Assembly: GCF_000025945.1 (NCBI RefSeq)
Contig: NC_006138.1
Span: forward strand, 2,700,001 to 2,732,000
DNA from: Desulfotalea psychrophila LSv54
GTDB lineage: Bacteria > Desulfobacterota > Desulfobulbia > Desulfobulbales > Desulfocapsaceae
DNA length: 32,000 nt
Reading direction: 5' to 3'
Shown: piece by piece, positions 26,229 to 32,000 of the stretch
How the letters are laid out: the number at the start of each line of letters is the position of its first letter
Position numbering within the stretch: the stretch's first letter is position 1
Program-made: the position numbers and the translations under genes
The notes under the pieces: generated by a model
Seen by the model: only the letters and a program-made list of their open reading frames with translations
Database searches by the model: none
What the model was told of the DNA's origin: nothing

Positions 26229-26683
26229 CACCCTAATTCTCGCAACATCCTCCTCTACTTTATCCTGGCAGCCCTTCCCAGCCCCAGGCAAAACAAAGAG
26301 GGGCCCCTTACTGGACCGATCTGGCCTCACCGCGTTGTCATTCTCTTCTGGATTGGCCTTACCGCCACGGGCTATGACCATCAAAATCTAAGCCTTCTTA
26401 TCAATCTCCCCATTGGCCTGATGATTGCCCTAACGCCCACCCACGAGTCATCGACAGAATCAGAGACAAAACAAACGTCTATCAGGCCTTAGCCCTCTCC
26501 CTCTTTGTCCATTCTTCCGCCCATTCCTATCTGCCTGAATAGGCCTTGCCTCGCTCAACTGACTGGGCGGTGGAATGATTTTCTGGACATCTCCCTGCCA
26601 ACTCAGGCAAAATGGTTAAAGAGATAGGAATTGATGTGATAGAATAAGGACAGCATTTCAATTTAAAAAACCGAGGAGGAAAT

Positions 26684-27214
26684 ATGGCTACGCTCAAGGC
26701 TCTTCTGGCCAACATTACCCAGGCAGAGGTAGACGTAATCGTCAATGCCGCAAACCCACGTTTACTGGGAGGAGGTGGGGTTGACGGCGCCATCCATCAG
26801 GCAGCAGGGCCAACATTACTGGACGCCTGCATGAAGATCGCAGAAAAAGATGGGGTGCGCTGCCCCACCGGCGAGGCAAGGATCACAGGGGCAGGTAGAC
26901 TGGCCGCCAAATATGTCATCCATACCGTAGGCCCTGTGTTCAAAAGAGAAGGGGCCGCGGCCGCCGCCCTGCTAGAATCTGCCTATACAAACAGCCTTGC
27001 CCTGGCCCTGGAACATGGTTGCAGATCCATAGCATTCCCAGCCATCTCCTGTGGCATCTACGGCTATCCACTGGAGGAGGCGGCCCAGATTGCCGTAAAG
27101 GCCTGCCAACCCTATCTGGCAGAGGATATTTCCATATTCTTCTATCTCTTTAACCAAGAGATCTATTCAATATTTAAAGAAGAAATTGAGAAATATCAGC
27201 ATAAAGGGGAATAG
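26684..27214 (+). CDS. Macro-domain protein (O-acetyl-ADP-ribose deacetylase, YmdB-like)
   Basis: 176 aa. It has the VNAANPRLLGGGGVDGAIHQAAG signature and a later FPAISCGIYGYP segment. A strong GAGGAGGA RBS precedes it. Confidence 0.85.
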   Translation: MATLKALLANITQAEVDVIVNAANPRLLGGGGVDGAIHQAAGPTLLDACMKIAEKDGVRCPTGEARITGAGRLAAKYVIHTVGPVFKREGAAAAALLESAYTNSLALALEHGCRSIAFPAISCGIYGYPLEEAAQIAVKACQPYLAEDISIFFYLFNQEIYSIFKEEIEKYQHKGE

Positions 27215-27265
27215 ACTACCGATGAGGGGCAGGGCAGATCATTATATTTTAACAAGGGGTTAAGG

Positions 27266-28660
27266 ATGAGCAGATACCGAACAGAGACTGATTCATTTGG
27301 TGAGTTACAGGTACCAACCGATAAATACTATGGGGCCCAATCGGCACGCTCCCTGATCAACTTCCCCATCGGGGTGGAAACTATCCCCCCTCCCCTAATC
27401 CGGGCCCTAGGCATTGTCAAGCAGGCAGCGGCCCGGGTAAATATGAATCTCGGCCTACTCAGCCCTCCTCTCGCTGAGGCAATCAGCCAGGCGGCCGGGG
27501 AGGTCATGACCGGGAAACTCGATGAGCACTTCCCCCTATCAATATGGCAGACCGGTTCGGGAACCCAGAGCAATATGAACTGCAACGAGGTGATCTCCAA
27601 CCGGGCCATTGAGCTCTTAGGAGGGGTGCTGGGCAGCAAAAGCCCCGTTCACCCCAACGACCACTGCAATATGGGCCAGTCCTCCAACGATGTCTTCCCC
27701 ACGGCCATGCATATTGCCGCCGTTGAAGAGATCAGGCACCGCCTCCTACCGGCCCTCCAATTTTTGCGTGACCAGCTGCAAAGTAAATCTCAGGCATTCA
27801 GCCATCTGGTTAAAATCGGCAGAACCCATACCCAGGATGCAACCCCCCTGACCCTGGGCCAAGAGTTTTCAGGTTACACTGCCCAGATGGACAATGCCCT
27901 GCGCAGAGCAAGGGCAGTACTACCCGCCCTCTATCAACTGGCTCAGGGCGGAACCGCCGTGGGTACAGGACTTAATACAGTCAAAGGTTTTGATATCAGC
28001 TTTGCCGAGGAGGTGGCAAGGATAACGGAAATTCCCTTTAAAACCGCAGAAAACAAATTTGAGGCACTGGCTGCCCACGATGCTATAGTTGAGGGCAGTG
28101 GCGCCCTCAACACAATAGCCGTAAGCCTTATGAAGATAGCAAACGACATCAGATTTCTGGGATCTGGACCGCGCTGCGGCATTGGGGAGATCAACCTGCC
28201 GGAAAATGAACCGGGTTCCTCGATTATGCCCGGCAAGGTGAACCCCACCCAGTGTGAGGCACTAACCATGGTCGTGGCCCAGGTTATGGGCAACCATACA
28301 ACCATTTCGGTGGCGGGTGCCAATGGCCATTTCGAGCTCAATGTCTTTAAGCCGGTAATGATCTATAACCTCCTGCAGTCGATTCGTCTACTTGCCGATG
28401 CCTGCCAATCCTTTGCCAAGAGATGCATCAGTGGCATCAGCGCCAACGAAGAACGTATTGGCAAACTCCGTGATGAATCCCTGATGCTGGTGACGGCCCT
28501 CAATCCGCATATCGGCTACGACAATGCCGCCAAAATTGCAAAAAAGGCCCACCGGGATGGCTCGACCCTCCTGGAAGCAGCCCTGGCCCTTAAGCTCCTG
28601 ACCAAAGAGCAGTTTACAGAGTGGGTAGTACCTGAAAAAATGATCGGACCCAGAGGCTGA
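27266..28660 (+). CDS. fumC: Class II fumarate hydratase
   Basis: 464 aa with the [15 protein letters not shown] signature loop and an N-terminal [20 protein letters not shown]. Confidence 0.95.
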   Translation: MSRYRTETDSFGELQVPTDKYYGAQSARSLINFPIGVETIPPPLIRALGIVKQAAARVNMNLGLLSPPLAEAISQAAGEVMTGKLDEHFPLSIWQTGSGTQSNMNCNEVISNRAIELLGGVLGSKSPVHPNDHCNMGQSSNDVFPTAMHIAAVEEIRHRLLPALQFLRDQLQSKSQAFSHLVKIGRTHTQDATPLTLGQEFSGYTAQMDNALRRARAVLPALYQLAQGGTAVGTGLNTVKGFDISFAEEVARITEIPFKTAENKFEALAAHDAIVEGSGALNTIAVSLMKIANDIRFLGSGPRCGIGEINLPENEPGSSIMPGKVNPTQCEALTMVVAQVMGNHTTISVAGANGHFELNVFKPVMIYNLLQSIRLLADACQSFAKRCISGISANEERIGKLRDESLMLVTALNPHIGYDNAAKIAKKAHRDGSTLLEAALALKLLTKEQFTEWVVPEKMIGPRG

Positions 28661-28861
28661 ATCAACCGGCAGAAACATCTAGAAAATGGCACCTCTTCAA
28701 ACATCTAGCCTACATTTGCACACCACCTCGGGCCAGCATAGAGGGGACAAAAAAGATTAGTCTTTCCTGAATATTTCTGTTATTTATCTTGTAGTGAGTA
28801 GTAGAAGAAGAAAACACAATTTTTTAAACACACAATACTGTAGTGAGGCTCGTAATAACCT

Positions 28862-29215
28862 ATGAAAGCGACGCTTGCCATGACCCTGTTTCATGGAACC
28901 GAAAAATTTAACTGTAATCAGGCTGTGCTCAAGACCTTCCAGTCAGAGTTCGGAATATCCGATGAAACCATAAAATCAGCAGCACGCCTCGGTGGCGGTA
29001 GAGCTGAAGGTGGTGTCTGTGGTGCCCTGCATGCGGCACGGGTACTCCTTGACGACCACGAAATGCTACCAATCATTGAACAAGAATTTGCCTCCCAGAG
29101 CGATTCTATTTATTGTCGGGAGATCCGCGCGGCCAAAAAGCTCTCCTGCAGGAACTGCGTAGCCCTTGCGGCCCGACTTATTGAGCCCTACCTTGCTGCC
29201 TGTGAACCCGCCTAG
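28862..29215 (+). CDS. C_GCAxxG_C_C-family putative redox-active protein
   Basis: 117 aa. It has CNQAV near the N-terminus, GVCGALHAA (GCAxxG-like), and C-terminal Cys residues in YCREI and CRNC. Confidence 0.6.
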   Translation: MKATLAMTLFHGTEKFNCNQAVLKTFQSEFGISDETIKSAARLGGGRAEGGVCGALHAARVLLDDHEMLPIIEQEFASQSDSIYCREIRAAKKLSCRNCVALAARLIEPYLAACEPA

Positions 29216-29221
29216 ATAGCA

Positions 29222-29271
29222 GGCCCTGCCACCTCTTGCAGGGCCGGGAATGAGCCTTATTCCTCATTCCC
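29222..29271 (+). terminator. Two consecutive 8-9-bp hairpins (GGCCCTGC-8 nt-GCAGGGCC; GGGAATGAG-8 nt-CTCATTCCC) right after the 28862 gene
   Basis: Read from the sequence. They start 7 nt after the stop codon and are followed by a pyrimidine-rich stretch. Confidence 0.4.
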
Positions 29272-29436
29272 CCCCTTATTGATGCTTTAGCAACTCTCCC
29301 CCCTCCATAAAAACGTTGAACTATTTAACGCCACTGACTAAATTGAAAATTTTCCCTGATGCCTGAATCCTGCCAGACTGGACGCAGGTATCAAGAGATA
29401 GAGATAAACTTTACCCAAAAGAGGCACTTTCCTAGT

Positions 29437-29674
29437 ATGACACAACTCAACAATCCTTTACACGGAATCAAGCTGGAGCAAATCGTCACCCAACTTGTGG
29501 ATCATTACGGATGGGACTATCTGGCTGCCAGAATTAATATTGGGTTGTTTTAACAAGAACCCCACCATAACCTCCAGCCTCAAGCTTCTGCGAAGAACCC
29601 CCTGGGCAAGAAGCAAGGTTGAACGCCTCTATATTTCCACCTTTGCCGGAACCGGGGCAGGAAAAAAGAGATAG
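29437..29674 (+). pseudogene. DUF2132 (VF530-like) small protein gene interrupted by a 1-nt frameshift in a T4 run
   Basis: MTQLNNPLHGIKLEQIVTQLVDHYGWDYLAARINIGLF stops at 29551-29553. The next frame continues NKNPTITSSLKLLRRTPWARSKVERLYIS, which is the expected family continuation. Removing one T from 29548-29551 gives a single 78-aa ORF. Confidence 0.6.
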
Positions 29675-29750
29675 GACATACGGCGCCGGATAGCCCTGCG
29701 CCGACAGATCTGCCAAGCCAGGAAGTAGGCGAATAAGAGTGCTCCTTCCT

Positions 29751-30092
29751 TCAGCCCTTCCAATTCCAGCCAAAGCCCCAACGGTAGGAGGTATACAGAT
29801 AGCCACCGCCACCCAGACGGACGGCAAGCCAAATAGGCAACACCAGCACCTTGCCACACCAACCACTCCTAAAAACACAGAGGGCGAATTGATTATCGAC
29901 CCACAGCCTGTCGATAAAGCTTTCCCACCTGCCCGCCCTGCGACCAGAACCAAAATGATACTCTATATCATGGTTATAGCAACACTCCTCAAGGGGAGAA
30001 AGGCGCCTGAAGATCTTCACCCAGCCCCAGGACAAACCACCGGAGCAACCGTCGCTGACAAAGGGGAGATCCGGCAAATCAATCTTATCCAA
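29751..30092 (-). CDS. Prokaryotic phospholipase A2-like protein (DxCS...CCxxHDxxY) with a hydrophobic C-terminus
   Basis: 113 aa. SDGCSGG ... ECCYNHDIEY parallels the DLCS...ACxRHDFGY layout of bacterial PLA2. TTG start after an AAGAGG RBS. The overlapping ORFs 29534-29953 (-) and 29739-30107 (+) are judged spurious. Confidence 0.45.
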   Translation of the reverse strand: MDKIDLPDLPFVSDGCSGGLSWGWVKIFRRLSPLEECCYNHDIEYHFGSGRRAGRWESFIDRLWVDNQFALCVFRSGWCGKVLVLPIWLAVRLGGGGYLYTSYRWGFGWNWKG

Positions 30093-30147
30093 AATAACCT
30101 CTTATAAAATCCATCTATTTTTCACATCAACTACAAATCATTAGCAC

Positions 30148-32000
30148 CTATGATTTATTCGCAAGAACCTCTCTAACGCTTGCAGACAAGATCTTTTTAC
30201 CATATGGTTTCGTCATATATTTACTGATGCCCTGGACCTTAACATCTTCTGCAGAAACCTTAAAACTATAGCCGCTACAGAGAATAATTCGCATATCAGC
30301 CCTGACCTTTAATACCTCTTCGATAAGTTCTGTGCCAGACATATTGGGCATTGTCTGATCGGTAATAAGCAGATCAAAGCCATTGGCATCGGCCTTGAAA
30401 AGCTCAAGAGCCCTCTGACTACTGCTCTCGGAAACCACCCTATAGCCCATACCCTCCAACATATGCTGCCCCATCGTTAAGATAGATTTTTCATCATCAA
30501 CAAAGAGAATTCGTTCTGTGCCAGTGATGACCTCGGAGGAGCCCTCTATTTGCGGAGTCTCCTCCTCAGCCGTTACCGGCAAATATACGTTAAAGGAACT
30601 TCCCCGCCCCAAATCACTCTCTACGCTTATAAAGCCACTATGAATCTTAACAATCTCATGCACAAGGGCAAGGCCCATACCCGTACCCTTGCCAGCATCC
30701 TTTGTGGTATAAAATAGATCAAAGATCCGCTTAATTCTCTCCCGCCCCATACCCACCCCGCTATCTGTCACTGAGAGTTGCACATACTCCCCCTCTGCCC
30801 GGGCGCATGGCGTCGTTAGCGCAAGTTGATCGAAATCTGCATTATTAAGATGAACCCCTTGCATACGAACAACAACCTCTCCCCTATCCTCTATGGCATG
30901 CACGGCATTAATAACAAGGTTCATAACAAGTTGATGCAACTGCACAGGGTCCAGAAGAACAACACCACAGTCCGGAGAAATATCCTGGACAATAGAAATG
31001 CTGCTTGGTGTTGTGGAGCGAAGAAATTTCAGGGCCTCCCTGACCAGTAACTGCGGATGCACTGGCACCAATCTCATCTTTTCCTTACGACTGAAGCTCA
31101 GAATCTGCTTGATAAGACTCTTTGCCCGCTCAGAGGCCTTCAGCACCTCATCGATATTGGCAATGGCAGGATTACCCGCTGGGATATCCTCTCTAGCCAT
31201 TTCCGCATTGCCAAGAATAACTGCCAAAATATTATTAAAGTCATGGGCAATACCACCAGCCATGGCCCCAACCGTTTCCATCCTCTGGGCCTGACGTAAT
31301 TGCTCCTCAAGTTTGGCCTTTTCCGCCTCGATCTTTCTCTCGTGGCTGACATCATGAAGAATACAGTGTATCTTTTTACAAGAGTCATTATCAGCAGAAG
31401 AAATTCTGCCATCAATGGCCATAAGAACAGAGGCCCCATCCTTTTTAAGCACCTCAAGCTCTGCAGCCAATACCCCCCCCGTAGCCTTGACATATGAAAA
31501 TTTTTCTTCAAAGCATAATTGACCGGCAGGAGATAAAAAACCGATAAAAAATTTACCCAGAACCTCCCCTTTTTTATAGCCAAGATAATCCAACCAGGTC
31601 TGATTCACCTCAAGAAGAGCCCCTCTATCATCAAGTAACTGATAACCAATGGGTGCCTGCTCAAAAATATCTTTAAACCTCTCTATACTGTTCAAGAAAA
31701 ACATTTCAGCCTGCTTCTGTTCGGTTATATCGGTGCCAGAACAGAGTCTGCCCCTGACTGCGCCACTACTATCCCGCAACAAAATGCTATAAAAATCAAT
31801 ACTACGCATCTCCCCAGAACGGGTAACAATAGTTGTTTCATGGTTTTCAACAGCAATATCTTTGCGAAGAAGTAGCTGAAAAAATTCTTTCTTTTCATTT
31901 GAAGAAAAATGCTCAAACCAGTTAAGGCCTATGGCTTCATCCAAGCTAAGCCCTAAAATTTCACGGCCCTTTGCGTTGATCATGGTAATCACCCCCGAGC
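30148..32000 (-). CDS. PAS-domain hybrid sensor histidine kinase with a C-terminal receiver; N-terminus lies outside the window
   Basis: H-box GIAHDFNNIL. HATPase boxes NLVINAVHA, DSGVGM and GTGMGLALV. Receiver motifs ILFVDDE, DLLITDQTMPNMSG and TKP. PAS-like repeats lie upstream, and the reading frame is still open at the window edge. Confidence 0.9.
   Translation of the reverse strand, partial: SGVITMINAKGREILGLSLDEAIGLNWFEHFSSNEKKEFFQLLLRKDIAVENHETTIVTRSGEMRSIDFYSILLRDSSGAVRGRLCSGTDITEQKQAEMFFLNSIERFKDIFEQAPIGYQLLDDRGALLEVNQTWLDYLGYKKGEVLGKFFIGFLSPAGQLCFEEKFSYVKATGGVLAAELEVLKKDGASVLMAIDGRISSADNDSCKKIHCILHDVSHERKIEAEKAKLEEQLRQAQRMETVGAMAGGIAHDFNNILAVILGNAEMAREDIPAGNPAIANIDEVLKASERAKSLIKQILSFSRKEKMRLVPVHPQLLVREALKFLRSTTPSSISIVQDISPDCGVVLLDPVQLHQLVMNLVINAVHAIEDRGEVVVRMQGVHLNNADFDQLALTTPCARAEGEYVQLSVTDSGVGMGRERIKRIFDLFYTTKDAGKGTGMGLALVHEIVKIHSGFISVESDLGRGSSFNVYLPVTAEEETPQIEGSSEVITGTERILFVDDEKSILTMGQHMLEGMGYRVVSESSSQRALELFKADANGFDLLITDQTMPNMSGTELIEEVLKVRADMRIILCSGYSFKVSAEDVKVQGISKYMTKPYGKKILSASVREVLANKS

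Noticed and set aside
26175-26793. ORFs 26175-26384 (-), 26190-26492 (+) and 26527-26793 (-) in the uppP to macro-domain spacer
   Set aside because: They have no RBS and no motifs, their composition is Pro/Arg/Ser-rich and typical of non-coding GC-rich DNA, and one overlaps the start of the macro-domain gene.
26684-27214. Macro-domain gene considered as a DarG-like antitoxin or defence component
   Set aside because: It is stand-alone and YmdB-like in length, has no DarT-like partner, and lies in core-composition DNA next to fumC. It is most simply a housekeeping ADP-ribose deacetylase.
1-32000. Scan for CRISPR arrays, tRNA/rRNA genes and regularly spaced repeats
   Set aside because: I saw no series of 25-40-nt direct repeats with uniform spacers, no tRNA-like GTTCGAATC T-arm context, and no rRNA-like segments.

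Overview
Mosaic bacterial chromosomal segment. The core DNA is about 50-58% GC by my single-line spot counts (58% at 14041-14100, 50% at 27301-27360). It is interrupted by two AT-rich accessory islands (35% at 10021-10080, 27% at 20401-20460). Core genes: a SAM methyltransferase and TenA-type thiaminase II (277-1665); a complete minus-strand [FeFe]-hydrogenase operon, hydA-like/hydF/hydG/hydE (13430-18733); and a housekeeping block (24652-32000) with a YkgJ-type Cys-cluster protein, uppP, a macro-domain protein, fumC, a C_GCAxxG_C_C protein, a frameshifted DUF2132 gene, a PLA2-like protein and a partial PAS hybrid sensor kinase. Island A (about 2100-12560) holds two decayed transposase genes (IS5/IS903-like and IS630-like), an APC permease, a DUF2238 membrane protein, a methyltransferase with a degenerate motif IV, a truncated cpYpsA/SLOG gene, and an overlapping tandem pair of DUF262 proteins, the second fused to a DUF1524 HNH-like nuclease (GmrSD-like). 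Island B (about 19990-24500) is a compact two-gene cassette: an 868-aa protein (unassigned N-terminal domain, roughly 150-aa coiled coil, McrB-type NTPase with an N-x-D signature) tightly coupled to a 561-aa McrC-like PD-(D/E)xK protein. I consider Island B the best candidate for an uncharacterised, CoCoNuT-like McrBC-related defence system, with the DUF262 tandem pair second. I found no rRNA, tRNA or CRISPR array. All family assignments rest on motifs read by eye from the translations; no database search was possible.
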